64,000 nucleotides of DNA from an uncultured delta proteobacterium (GTDB lineage: Bacteria > Desulfobacterota > WTBG01 > CAIYCZ01 > CAIRTM01), in NCBI GenBank assembly GCA_963804955.1, contig CAWDSQ010000014.1, forward strand, positions 32,001-96,000, written 5' to 3'. A program made the translations under genes and the position numbers. The notes beneath the pieces are model-generated. The model was not told the origin of the DNA. It saw only the letters and a list, made by a program, of their open reading frames with translations, and did not search any database. Below, piece after piece: positions 28,875 through 40,317 of the stretch (position 1 is its first letter; every line of letters begins with the position of its first letter).

Positions 28875-29198
28875 CTATTTTACCGCAGGGCAGCAGGCGC
28901 CAGCCGCATCACCCTGCTGTGGCTGGTCGCCCGGCTCTGTGCCCGGCGCTTCAACCGAATAGATGGCAAGCTCTGGGCAGATAATCTCGCAGAAATGGCA
29001 GTTGACGCATTCCTCGGGTTTTGTAACCTCAGGCGGGTGATAGCTTTTTTTATTGAATCTCGTGGAGGTTTGAAGGATTTTTTTCGGACAGAACGCAATG
29101 CAGTACCCGCAACCCTTGCAGCGGTCATCAACGATATGAACTATACCTCGCGATACGATGACCTCTTCGGCATCAAGGGGCACTCTCCAGAAATCCAT
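28875..29198 (-). CDS. korD: 2-oxoacid:ferredoxin oxidoreductase delta (ferredoxin) subunit
   Basis: CKGCGYCIAFCP, CVNCHFCEIICP; GGAG RBS before MDFWRVPL. Confidence 0.88.
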   Translation of the reverse strand: MDFWRVPLDAEEVIVSRGIVHIVDDRCKGCGYCIAFCPKKILQTSTRFNKKSYHPPEVTKPEECVNCHFCEIICPELAIYSVEAPGTEPGDQPQQGDAAGACCPAVK

Positions 29199-29515
29199 TG
29201 TCTTTGCTCTCCAATATCTTATTGCAAAGACGACAGGATATAGAATTTTCATAAAAAGTCAAGGCAAATGAAAGCATTGCCGCCATTGCTCATGCTTTTT
29301 TGACTGGGTATGGCCTTTTTCGGTGGCGATATGACTATAAATGACTTTATGGTGCCCTGCCTAAATATAGCAAAACAGGTGTTCCTGCAGGGTACAGACA
29401 TGTTTCAAAGCCATATACCCCTTGAAAACCCCCTTGTTTCAGGGGGAGGTGTGGCGTATTGCCAACTCTGATTGTTCATAATGCACATAAAGCTATGAGT
29501 CCGGCCAAATTTCAT

Positions 29516-29570
29516 TTGCATATTGGCGCAACAACAACTAAAATGAACCATATAATAAAAAAATGGTTCA
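29516..29570 (+). promoter_or_regulatory. Promoter and operator of the toxin-antitoxin operon
   Basis: TTGCAT-17-TAAAAT; inverted repeat TGAACCAT-N11-ATGGTTCA (29544-29570). Confidence 0.6.
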
Positions 29571-29582
29571 AGGGAGAGTGCC

Positions 29583-29840
29583 ATGAAATCAATAACCATA
29601 CATAATCTCGATGATCCTCTTGATAGACTGCTGCAGGAAAGGGCGAGAAGTCAGGGAATGAGCCTCAATAAAACAATAAAATCTCTGCTTGCCGAATCGC
29701 TGGGTATACGGCCAAAAAAACCAGCAGGGCATAAAGATGAATTCATGGACCTTTTTGGTTCATGGTCTGAAGCTGATGCCAGATCATTCAGGCAGACCGT
29801 GAAGGATTTACAAAAAATAGATGCCGAAGACTGGTCATGA
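29583..29840 (+). CDS. vapB: Antitoxin (ribbon-helix-helix, VapB/FitA-like)
   Basis: MKSITIHNLD..LQERARSQGMSLNK; ATGA overlap with the PIN toxin. Confidence 0.85.
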   Translation: MKSITIHNLDDPLDRLLQERARSQGMSLNKTIKSLLAESLGIRPKKPAGHKDEFMDLFGSWSEADARSFRQTVKDLQKIDAEDWS

Positions 29841-30241
29841 AAAAAATCATCCTTGACACCAATGCCTATGTCGCCTTTCTTGCCGGTGACAGCGCTGTTC
29901 TTGATGCGCTTGCCCAGGCCGAAATCGTCTATATATCGGCAATCGTGCTCGGGGAATTATACGCCGGCTTCAAGGGCGGCAGAAAAGAATCTGACAACAG
30001 GACGCAGCTTGATGTTTTTCTAAAAAAATCAACGGTGCATGTCGTCAATGTCACACAGGAGACAGCCGATGTCTTCGGCGCAATAAAAAGCAGCCTTAAA
30101 AAGACGGGGACTCCCATTCCGATCAACGATGTCTGGATAGCCGCACACGCTACCGAGACTGGCGCTGTGCTCATAACCTATGATACGCACTTTTCCAAAG
30201 TGCATGGCTTGCGCCTCTGGAAGAGACATCAGGGGATGTAG
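29837..30241 (+). CDS. vapC: PIN-domain toxin VapC
   Basis: ILDTNAY, VLGEL, PIPINDVWIAA, LITYDTHF. Confidence 0.93.
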   Translation: MKKIILDTNAYVAFLAGDSAVLDALAQAEIVYISAIVLGELYAGFKGGRKESDNRTQLDVFLKKSTVHVVNVTQETADVFGAIKSSLKKTGTPIPINDVWIAAHATETGAVLITYDTHFSKVHGLRLWKRHQGM

Positions 30242-30346
30242 CTGTTTCACCCCCCATGCTTTTACATCTGATAAGTCCAACTTAGACCCCTTTTCCTCCT
30301 TCGGTTAACCCTCCGAATTCCGAACGCCCTACGAAACCCGAACTGT

Positions 30347-30838
30347 TTACTTTTTCAAACTGCTCAGCTCACGGATGGTCTGAATCTCCTGCTCCTTTTC
30401 CCGGCCCCGCTTGTCCTGCTCCCACACATAATACCAGTAGCCTTTTTGGGGCACCTGCTCAAGCAGAACCATTCTGCGCGGCGCAACAAGAATCAGGTTC
30501 AGGACCTTGCACGCCTCCCGCAGTTTTTCGCTTTTTTTAGCTTCTGCAAAAAGATAATCTGCATGGCGGGCATCGCCGGCAGGAACAACTTCAGCCCTGC
30601 CCCAGATCTGCAAACCCTTAAGCGGATGACTGGTCGAGTGCAGCGCCAGAGCCACATTGGGGTTCTTTTTCAGACAGGCAAACTTGCGCGTAAACTTTTC
30701 GGAATAAATAACTATGTTCATGCCGTCGGTGGCGTAGCGTACAGGCGTTGCCCGAACATCATCTCCCGTGCCGGTGCAGAGAACGCAGTACTGGTTTTCG
30801 CCGAGATACCGTAGAATCTTTTCTTTGCTTGCTCCCAT
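30347..30838 (-). CDS. Pyridoxamine 5'-phosphate oxidase-like (split barrel) protein
   Basis: YCVLCT..VRATPVRY..TRKFACLKKNPNVAL..GLQIWGRAE. Confidence 0.75.
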   Translation of the reverse strand: MGASKEKILRYLGENQYCVLCTGTGDDVRATPVRYATDGMNIVIYSEKFTRKFACLKKNPNVALALHSTSHPLKGLQIWGRAEVVPAGDARHADYLFAEAKKSEKLREACKVLNLILVAPRRMVLLEQVPQKGYWYYVWEQDKRGREKEQEIQTIRELSSLKK

Positions 30839-31110
30839 GACGCCCTTTCTCCCTGTTTTTTTGTTCTTACCTGCGTTTGCAGCAAAAAAACTTCAAACTC
30901 TTATAAAACAATTTTTGCACATTGAAAACATCTTCCGGCGCGGCTTTGAAAAAAAAACCGGCTCTTGCAGTTGTTCCGGGAATATAAAAACAGAAAAGGG
31001 ATAATTTTTGTATATGCAAAGCAATGGAGTACCTGCTGGTATTTTCATGCAAAACGCTGTTATTTTTTTGCTGCTTGCCTCGGTAAAAGTTTGACGCTAT
31101 AGTACAAACC

Positions 31111-32874
31111 ATGCGTAAAAAAAATCCACCGAAACAGGTCAAACATAAACGGCCCCCTGAGCATACAGTTCAGGCAAGAAAGACCGAAAGCCATGCAAAG
31201 GGTCTGCCCGCCATCGCAGTGATACAGGAAGAAATCAAGGCCGCCTATAAACGCGCGTTTTTAAAAAAAACATTCGCCCTGCTCGGATTATACGCAGCAG
31301 TGGCGTGCTTTGCCACCTGGCCGCTTATAGCCAATCTGAAAAACTGCATGCCCATCGGCGGGGTGCGCTATGGCACGATAGTTTTATTCAACCTCTGGAC
31401 GCTTGACTGGAACGCGCGCATGCTGGGGCATGAGGGCTATTGGGACGCTCCCATTTTCTATCCGGAAAAAGGGGCCTTTGCACTGTCCGAACCAATGCCC
31501 GTTACCGGTCTTTTGTATGCGCCGTTCAAAGCTCTCACGCAAAACCCTGTTACCGCCTACGACCTTGCCCTGCTTGCCATTCTGACACTGAATGGTTTTA
31601 TGGCATACCGCCTGCTGAAGCAGCTTGGCGCAGGTGAGAGCGGTTCTATTCTCACCGGCGTGCTCGGGGTTTTTACGCCCTTTGTTTTCGACCAGCTCGA
31701 AGTCCTGCAGCTGACGGTGCTGTTCCCTTTATTCGGCGCGCTGACGGCCCTTCACGCTTGCGCAAGCAAGCCGGAAGTGCGCCCCGCATTGCGGCTGGGG
31801 TTGTGGGTGTTCATAAGCTTTGCAACCTGCACCTATTATGGTTTGTTTCTGAGCGTTTTCATACTGCTTGGCTGCGCCTTGCTGCTTGAGCGCCGCCACC
31901 TGCAGCTGATCACGCTGCGCAATGGCATTTTGGGAGCGCTTCTGGCAGGCCTGCTGCTGCTGCCGATGGTGCTGCCCCAGATGAACTACACCAAAAAATA
32001 TGCCCGCGGTTCCGGAGAAATCCAGGTCAACAGCGCCCACGCAGCCGATTATCTGCGGCAATGCAAGCAGCGGACATTTGAAAGCAGCATGCCCGCGCTG
32101 CTCGGCCTGGGCTGCGGCGGGATGAGCCTGTACCCGGGCACGATTCTGCTGGTCCTTGCCGCCATCGGCATAGCCGCGGCGCGCAGAGAGAAAAACCCGA
32201 GGTGGTTTGGGTACTGCCTTGCCGGTTGCTGTCTTGCCGTGCTGCTCAGCCTGGGGCTGAATGTAAAGCTTGGCGGCTGGCAGCCCTATGAATTGCTGCG
32301 CATGTATTATCCGGGCTTTCAGAAACTGCGCAGCCCCTTTCGATTCACCGTTTTTGCGCAGATATTTTTAGTGGTGTTTGCCGGATGGGCGCTGAGCGAG
32401 CTTGCAAAGCGCCGGCTGTGGCTGGCTGTGCTGGCAACGGCCGTATGCGTGCTTGAGCTGCTTTCCGCGCCCATAAACCTGTACCGGTTTTCTATTGATG
32501 CATTTCGCGACCCCTGGATTGCCTATATGCGGGAGCAGAAAGGGGCGGTGATGGCAATGGTGCCCTTCCCTGCAGACGGTAACGCCCACAGCTTCGAACA
32601 CAATGTCAAAGGCATGCTCTATGGCCTTGAAGCCGGCGCTCCTCAGGCAAACGGCTATTCGGGTTTTTTCCCGGATTCATTCAATCATCTGTCACACGCT
32701 ATGAAATCGTTTCCAGACAATGAAAGCCTGCGGCTGCTGAACACGGCCCGGGTCACTCATGTTGTTGTTGACAAAAGCTGGGTGAAGGAACATCCGGGCC
32801 GTGATCCTGAAAATTTCGGGCTGCCCTATCTCACCGAAGACAGAAAAAAAATAATCTACGGCTTTCGGCAGTAG
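31111..32874 (+). CDS. Polytopic membrane protein, YfhO/GT-C glycosyltransferase-like
   Basis: WDAPIFYP..ALSE, PGFQKLRSPFRF, NGYSGFFP; many transmembrane segments. Confidence 0.6.
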   Translation: MRKKNPPKQVKHKRPPEHTVQARKTESHAKGLPAIAVIQEEIKAAYKRAFLKKTFALLGLYAAVACFATWPLIANLKNCMPIGGVRYGTIVLFNLWTLDWNARMLGHEGYWDAPIFYPEKGAFALSEPMPVTGLLYAPFKALTQNPVTAYDLALLAILTLNGFMAYRLLKQLGAGESGSILTGVLGVFTPFVFDQLEVLQLTVLFPLFGALTALHACASKPEVRPALRLGLWVFISFATCTYYGLFLSVFILLGCALLLERRHLQLITLRNGILGALLAGLLLLPMVLPQMNYTKKYARGSGEIQVNSAHAADYLRQCKQRTFESSMPALLGLGCGGMSLYPGTILLVLAAIGIAAARREKNPRWFGYCLAGCCLAVLLSLGLNVKLGGWQPYELLRMYYPGFQKLRSPFRFTVFAQIFLVVFAGWALSELAKRRLWLAVLATAVCVLELLSAPINLYRFSIDAFRDPWIAYMREQKGAVMAMVPFPADGNAHSFEHNVKGMLYGLEAGAPQANGYSGFFPDSFNHLSHAMKSFPDNESLRLLNTARVTHVVVDKSWVKEHPGRDPENFGLPYLTEDRKKIIYGFRQ

Positions 32875-33066
32875 AGCAGCTCACCTGCATATCGCACCAC
32901 CATTCTGTTTTTGGCAACAGCAAAACTTTAAGACAGGCCACGTCAATACATTTGCCGCGGTGAAAAAAACCTGCACCGGCAACGGGTTGCCGGAATCTTT
33001 CTACCGTTTGTCCCCTGGCACGATGAAATCGCAGCATTCCTGACGACCATATCAGCCTTCAAGCAC

Positions 33067-33100
33067 AAAAAAAGCCCCTCGCAAAGGAGGGGCTTTTTTT
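33067..33100. terminator. Bidirectional rho-independent terminator
   Basis: aaaaaaagcccctc-gcaaag-gaggggcttttttt between convergent genes. Confidence 0.88.
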
Positions 33101-33118
33101 GCTGACGATAAGCCTGCT

Positions 33119-33532
33119 TTATTCCGGGAGCTTGTCCTTTGTGTCTTTTTCGGTAAAATAGCTGTTGGCATCAGCGCCATAGGCCCGCACCTCAAGCCTG
33201 AACAAAACAGGATCTTTATCCCCGGACCGCCGGTATTCCACATCGGCTTCGCAGGGTATTTTCAGCTCGCTTAATTCAATGGCTCTGCCGTTCTCATCAA
33301 AGATCATAGGATTGTAGGGCACCACGAGCCGGTTGGTGTGAAGTTTGTCAAACCCGTTCTCCGACAGTATCAAAACAGCGGGCCCCTTGCCGCCAATGAC
33401 TGCTTTTGCCCGCTCGCTGACCATTTTCCCCTCATCCGCCGCAGAGGCCGTGGCTGACAGGCACAGCAGGCTTATGATACAGACAATAAACAGGCTCCTG
33501 CGGCAATGCAGGGTGGCAACTGTTTTCATCAT
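33119..33532 (-). CDS. Exported protein at the PilY2 position of the minor pilin operon
   Basis: Signal peptide ending ASA; start overlaps the pilY1 stop. Confidence 0.65.
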   Translation of the reverse strand: MMKTVATLHCRRSLFIVCIISLLCLSATASAADEGKMVSERAKAVIGGKGPAVLILSENGFDKLHTNRLVVPYNPMIFDENGRAIELSELKIPCEADVEYRRSGDKDPVLFRLEVRAYGADANSYFTEKDTKDKLPE

Positions 33533-36500
33533 CGTCCCTCCTTCCAGTTTTCAACACCGCTTTTGGTGTTGAATGCAGGTTTAATATCAATTTCGTTAAT
33601 GAGGCCGGTGCTCATCTGGCTGTACAGAGTGGCGCCGGCGCCCTTTTCCCTTGCCGCATGAACGCCGAAGCTCGAAGAAAGACCATAGCCCAAATCCATT
33701 GTATACTGTATTGCCGCTGTGTTATCCAGGCCTATCAGCACCGGCGCTTTATAGGCAGTGCCTGTTTCATAGTACAGAGCATAGAGGCTGCTGGTTCCGC
33801 CGAAGCCGCAGGTGTCGGTATTGGGCGTATAGGTCGGAAATATGGCAATGCCGCCAAACACCGTGGGTTTATTCACCATACGCTCAGACGGGCCGGTTCC
33901 GGGGTCTCTCAATTGTCTGTACCACCCCTGATACGATTCCAGCTGGGTCACTGTATCTGTCTTGCGCACTTCAGCCATGAGCTTGTCCCAGGTTGTCAAG
34001 CCCGTAATACCGCCGGTTATAGGCTGAACCACATTGTTCGGCTTTATGATATAGGGGTTCGAATAAAAAAGGTCCCCATGGGCCACGGCGCAGTCAGTGG
34101 CTGTGTAGCTGTGATAACACTCCGGCGCCGGTACCGTGCCGCCCGCCACTGTGCCGCGGGCATTATAAAACGGGTCTTTAACGCCCACAAGCCAGTTTGT
34201 GGCTGCTGTCGGTCTTATCGAGTGTTCAGCTGATATCTGCCGGACCCCAGATACAGCCATACATTGTCCTTTTTATCGGAGCTTATGGTAAAAGGAGCGC
34301 TGACCAGCGGCAGGTCCGGATCGTCGACCATTTTGGTCCATGTCCAGCTGGCAGGGTCCTTGTTATAGCGGGCTTCAAAGCCTTCGATATACGGACTATT
34401 GGTTATGGGAATGCCCACGCGGTACACCTTGCTTCTGTTCAGAAACCACCCCGTACCATTCCAATAGTTGCTTGCCGCATAGATAGCATCAACGCTGTAA
34501 TTGAGCGACTTGTCTATGGCAATGGGTGTATTCATATAGGAGTAGGTTTCCGCTGTCCTGAATTGTCTTTTCAGCTCCCCGGTCTTGATATCGACTATAT
34601 AAAGGCTGCTCTGAACTGCGCCTACCCACCCGTTGAAGTCGTCAAACCCCGATCCCATAACTAAATACCATGCATCATCAGTATTCCAGGTTTTCGTCGG
34701 GCCATTAAAGGTTCTCCCGACCGAAATAACCGTCGGCTGATTGATCGTGAGCCCCAGGCCGGGAAACCACTTGTCCCATAACAGCTGCGGGTTGCGCGGA
34801 TCGGTTATGTCGATGGCGAAATAGCTCGAATAGTAGTCGCCGACCTTCGTTCCGAGGGCATTGTTTACCCATATATATTTGCCGCCGAAATTCATGCCGC
34901 CGACAAGCACCGTGCCCCAGCCGCCGGGATGCACCGCATCATCGGCAAATATGCGCACGTCGATAACCTTCGGCTTCAGGTCAACATACGGGACATGCAC
35001 AAGGGAATCATAACTGGTGCTTGAAAGCCATTTCAAATGCGGCAGCAGCGCCCGGGGAATATAGGCCCACAGCTCGTCGCCGACACGCTCCGGCGTACCG
35101 CTTCTCGGCGAAAACCCATGGGTTGACTTATTGAAAACGCCCCCGGTGAAAGCATGCAGCATGCCGTCGTTGCCGCCCACATACACAACCGACTCGCGCG
35201 CGGTTGTGGCATTGTCGCCATATTTATCAACAAAAGCCTGATAGCTTGTATCATCATAAATAAGGCCGTATTTTTCCACGGGCCGCGTAATGGTGACCGG
35301 CGTCGAGTAGACAATATCGCCCAGCTTCCATACTTTGCTGTCCAGCATGCGGTCGCGCACGAAGACAGTCCCCTGAAGGGCTGCGCCGCCCAGGCCGTCG
35401 CCGGTTTTATCAATGCCGCGGATAAAATTGATCAGGTTGGCGCTCCGCATGTCGATATCGGCGCCCAGATAATTATAGTCGCCGAGAAGCGTATCCTGAA
35501 CGCCCAGAAAAGGCTTTATTTGAGCTGCATTGGCAGCGGTGAACTCGATACAGCTGCCGCTGCCGAAAGCTGTGGGGCTCGATATGGCCGGCATATCGCC
35601 CACATAGGTATATATCTTTCTCTCGTCGGCCGGCCTGTCGGCAAGCAGGCTGCCTGCCTCCCATATGGCAGAGCTCCCCAGCTCCTCAAGGGTTATATTG
35701 TCGGAGTCAGCCGTATCCTTGTCAGGATAGGGATCATCTCGCGCTGACCGCATAGCGCTTGACCCTGGTCTCACTGGATTGCCGTATCAAAATAATAGCT
35801 CACAATCTTGTCGACATCCAGTTCAAGGCTTTTGTTTTTATTGGTATCTTCGCGTATATTGCCCTTGGGGTCGACCCACAGCGACTGCAGATACCCGACC
35901 CAGTTCACCTCAGCCACGTCCGCGGTGATGCCCGGCCTGAATATGGCCTGCACCAGCGTGCCCTCGCCCTCGCCGGTGGTGGCAAGCACCGACACTGCCG
36001 TGCCCGAAGCAGCCTTGTTCAGAATGGCATTGATGGCGGCCAGCAGCTGCTTCTCCAGCATGATAGCCGTCCTCGGCCTCGTAAAAATTATCCGGCAGGC
36101 CGTCGCCGTTGCGGTCCCATTCTCGCCGATCCGCCGGGGGCCACAGGGTAAAATTACCGTCATTTGAATACCCGTCGGGCTTTTTATTGTTGTTGCGGTC
36201 GTCGAAGCCGCCGTTCATGGCCGTTTCGGTGAGCAGCTTTTTGGCGTCAGGGTCCTTGCCGAAGGCATAGATCACAAAGGTGTCCATGACCTGCGTTCCG
36301 TCCAGGTCCGGCGCGCAGATCAGTGACATGGCTGTACAGGGCCACATCATCGAGATAGTCGCTGCCGTCGCTGTCATAGGTGCGTGTCGTTTCATTGGTG
36401 TCGCCGTCAAAATTTCTGACTGCCGCCGGTATGTTTTTATCGCTGGTCGGCACGCCGTCGGTGAGCATGAGCACAAAGCTTTTGGCGCAGGGAATCAGAG

Positions 36501-38759
36501 CTTTACCATCATAGAAAGGGTCTGTCGTGGCCTGGACCCCCCACGGGCTGGCAGTTTTGAGTATACCCTGAAGGGAGGGTGCATCTCTGGGCGAAATACT
36601 TCATGGCCGTATACAGGGTTTCGGCAAGGGGCGTCGCCGTGCTCATGTCCGGTGCTCTGGAAATCATTGACAATGTCCTGAACGCCGCCGCCGATGGCGC
36701 TTGCAACCCTGCCGCCTTCATTTGATGTGAGTCGAACCAGATATTGCCCCACCGGGCCTGATCGCCCACTTTCTGTATGATGCCGCAGGGATTGCCCGCC
36801 TCCGTGCCGGAGGAGCAGAAATAATCGGGCTCCTTCTCCTGCGTCACTTGCCACTTCGACGACAAAACTGGCGGTCGGGCTGTCCCAGGGGTTATTGCCG
36901 TCGGAGGTATAGCCCGCAGTGGTTGTTTTCACATACAGCTTGCCGCCTTTCACACCGTACCAGGCTTCATCATAGGGAGTCGGTTTGGGGTCATCATCGC
37001 CTCCGGCATAATAATAGGTCTGCCAGTAGCGGCTAGTCTGCGCCGGAACTTCGCCCTGCAGATTTGCCATTGCCGTTGCAGGTCTCGCAGGGCCTCTTGC
37101 CGCCCATGAGGGCTTTTCTCAGCACATCGATGCGGCGCATGGTGAGCCAGTTGAGGAAATTGCCGCTCCAGGCGCCGGCAGCGTCATCGCGGCGAAACAC
37201 ATTTGAGCTATAGGTGTAGCGGGCATCGGGGTTAAAATAGCCGTAATATTTTTTCGGCACGCAGGGCTCATACTCTATGACCAGAATCGGGCTTTTGGAC
37301 GCGCTGCTGTTATAGGAATGCGCCCGCCGGCGGCTGCCGGCATCGCCGGTGATTTTAAACACCATGGCATTGCCGGCATTCCAGCCGGAGCGATTGATGA
37401 TTTCCTGCACAATGGCTTTCAGGTCGGGCGTTGTGGCATTGGCCTGGGAATCTGTCGTCCACTGCCCCACATCAGCCCAGGTGACTTTGGCTGTTGTTTC
37501 GGCTCTGCCCGATATGTTGCCGATAGTCGGGCTGGATGAAGTTCCAGCGTTGAACGTAGCCGCATCGTCTGCAGCCTGCCCTGCTATATACAGGGTTGCC
37601 GGATCAGTGATGTTATCGCCGGAATCCGCATAGGCCGTAAAAATTATTTTAGCGCTGGTAATCACAACGGGCACGCCGTCAACCGACCGGGGAATCTGGA
37701 TATTATCGAACCGTATGCCCGCAACCTGGCCAGCCTGGTTGCTGCAGTAGTTGATGGAGGTTGTGGTGGTGGTAGGCACGGTGGTGGTGTGAGGTGGTGG
37801 CGCTGCTGCAGTGGTCGCTATGATCGTCGCAGTCGCGCCCGTGACTCAAACAGGTATGCGACAGACAGCTGCACCTGGACCCGTGTTGAGAGGAGTTGCC
37901 GCAGTTGTGGCTGTGATCACAGTGGTCATTCCACGCATTACGTGCCTGATTACTGTTATGGGGCCGCACACCATATGCTCCAGACAAGGGCAGTCAGAAA
38001 AGGAGTTAGTGTGCGTGCAGTTGTGGTTTCCCCCGTCAGCAACCATATAGGGTTTGCGCTCCTTTTCCCGCGACAGGTACCACTCATCAACAATAACGCC
38101 GTCGGCCTGGCTGCTATCAATGCCATAGGGCTCAAGCTCAAGGCCTTTGCCCCGGGGACCGGCAAATCTCATGCCCGCTGCGGCTCTGCCTGCTGACAGG
38201 CAGCATGTCCGCATCGCTCATGGTCAGGGGGGTAGCGCCCTGCCACCTGAAAACCGGCCACAGAAGGAATGCTCAGCACGGGAACCATCCGGCCTGCAGA
38301 ACCTGAAGCGCTGCCGGACTGCCCGCGGGCGATCTGCAGCTGCGGCATAATGCCGGCTGTTATCGACTGCTCATCGGTAATCAGGTCAAGATCCGGGCTG
38401 GTGAGCATGTTCACGCCGCAATAGTAAATTTTTCGATCGCTCAGGCGCTCTTCAGCATCATCACTGCCGTTGGTCACATGAACGGCAATCCTGCACCTGA
38501 CGCCTTGATACGAGGCATTTGCCAGCTCGGTGCCGCTGTCTAAACCGTCCACATCGGGATTATAGGGATCGGGATAGGCCGGAAAGTTCATGCTGCCGGA
38601 ATTGTCCAGCATGACGAGAATATTGGGCATGACCGACGATGACTGAAAAATGGGCAGCGAGCTGTAGCTTGCCATCTGGGGCTCGGCCCCGCGGGCGGTT
38701 GCCGTGCACAGCAGCGCAACAGCAAGGCTCAATGCCGCGCAAAGTATATGTTTTCTCAT
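33529..38759 (-). CDS. pilY1: Type IV pilus adhesin PilY1 (vWA + inserted domains + beta-propeller), split by about 7 or more frameshifts
   Basis: Signal peptide; NILVMLDNSGSM, LMLTDGVP, KLGDIVYSTP, VYVGGNDGMLHAF, GDELWAYIP, LYALYYETGTAY spread over consecutive ORF fragments. Confidence 0.88.
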
Positions 38760-38802
38760 TGCATGACCTCTTTTGAAAAAAGTTTTTATTCCGGCTGCAG
38801 GG

Positions 38803-39592
38803 CTAAATCCCCGTAGGCAGAAGCCCCCACCCGATCGACTGTTCGGATTTAGGAGCTGTCTGGCTTTCAATATTTTTGCCGGGCACCGTTGCGCTGCAGT
38901 TAAAAACATAGGAGATTTTCACAGACATGCCCGCGCCTCCGTCCGCGCCGGACCCGAACTCGGCAACACCGCCCGCGGAATATTTTACCGCCACCTTGTC
39001 CACATCAACATCTATAACAAGCGTTGTCGGCCCGTATGCGCATATCGGGGCAGGCATCGACCCCTGCTGCCTCCTTCTCCGCCTTGGTGGCCTCATTCAA
39101 AGCAAAAGGGTCGTCGATGGGCTTGTAGGCAGCCTTATGCGCCGTATCCGCCCTGGAATATTTGCCCCAGTTGTTCCATCTGGTCCCGTAGACCATGTCG
39201 AAATCCCTGCCTTCAAACAGAAAATTGCCGTCTAAAATCTGAATAACGCCCTCGTCGGCCTCCGCATCAGAATCGTAGTCATTCAGATACACGGGAGAGT
39301 CGCAGGTGGCGTCCCATCTGCCCTCGCCAAGCGTTCTTGCCACGGGTATAGACCCGAGCGGCATGCCCGACTCGGCCATGCTGAAAACCTTCTTCACGAT
39401 CACCTCATTGTTGGTGATATCGGTTTCATCCACGCTCGTATTCATGGCCCCGACGCCAAGAAGCGTGCAGACGGCCAGCAGAAACATGACGAAAGCCAGA
39501 ATAAACCCGCCCTCATTGCGGAGTATGCCTGCCGGATATTCCCGGGGCGCGGCATCAGAGCCTGAACTTTTTTTTGCAGTCATGCGCATCAT
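38803..39592 (-). CDS. pilX: PilX-like minor pilin; frameshift near 39050
   Basis: RNEGGFILAFVMFLLAVCTLLG..VFSMAESG; C-part GGVAEFGSGADGG in the adjacent frame. Confidence 0.78.
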
Positions 39593-39598
39593 ACACAC

Positions 39599-40288
39599 CT
39601 ATGCTCCCCACATGCTTGCCCCGACGACAAAGCGCAATGTTACGCCCCTGCTGCGGATGAAAGCGTTTATATAGATAATTGAAATTTCGATGGTGGCCGT
39701 ATTAACCACCGGCACATTGGCTGCAATTCGCCACACCATGCGCGAGCCCGCCGGCGCCGGCGGCGGCATGTCCTGTACCTCAAAAGGTATATACACCTCC
39801 GACGAGCCCTGTTTTCTGAATTGCAACTGCACGGTATACCCCTCGGTCGTAACAAAGGGCCTAACGCCATTGAACATATCCACAAGCTCCTGCCTCGTGG
39901 CCGGCATCTCCACCTGAACAAAGGGGGACGGCGGGAGCTGCGGCTCGAGCAGAAATACGTTCATCGTCACATTGTCGTAGACAGCCATTTTATCGTTGGG
40001 ATTATCTTCATCAAGACTGGTCAGCAAGACGAAATTCTCCGGGTGCAATGTCTGGATATCCCCGAAATAGACACTCGTGTCCTGGTTGGGGTTTTTCATC
40101 AAGCCGGTCAGCCACTCCTCCCAGGCCAGGGCAATGCCCGCGCCGGAGGACTGCGAATTGGCGAACATGGAGCCCTCCAGAGCCGTCATCTGCATGGCTG
40201 CGACGCCCGTAAGGCCAATGCACAGAACCATGGTGGCTATCATCATCTCCACAAGAGAGAATCCCCTGTTGTCACGAATTACCCGCAT
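39599..40288 (-). CDS. pilV: PilV-like minor pilin
   Basis: NRG|FSLVEMMIA..GLTGVAAMQ prepilin motif. Confidence 0.82.
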   Translation of the reverse strand: MRVIRDNRGFSLVEMMIATMVLCIGLTGVAAMQMTALEGSMFANSQSSGAGIALAWEEWLTGLMKNPNQDTSVYFGDIQTLHPENFVLLTSLDEDNPNDKMAVYDNVTMNVFLLEPQLPPSPFVQVEMPATRQELVDMFNGVRPFVTTEGYTVQLQFRKQGSSEVYIPFEVQDMPPPAPAGSRMVWRIAANVPVVNTATIEISIIYINAFIRSRGVTLRFVVGASMWGA

Positions 40289-40317
40289 GGCTTTGTCTCC
40301 CCGAATCGCACCTCTGG

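Noticed and set aside
29270..29300. Sigma54 promoter for the OFOR-hdr operon (TGGCGC on the minus strand)
   Set aside because: No GC at the -12 position with GG-N10-GC spacing
37846..37848. In-frame TGA in pilY1 as a second selenocysteine
   Set aside because: No conserved Cys context and no convincing SECIS; better explained by compensating indels
33529..39598. Programmed frameshifting or phase variation of pilY1/pilX
   Set aside because: Too many breaks, no long slippery tracts seen, and the same pattern occurs in housekeeping genes
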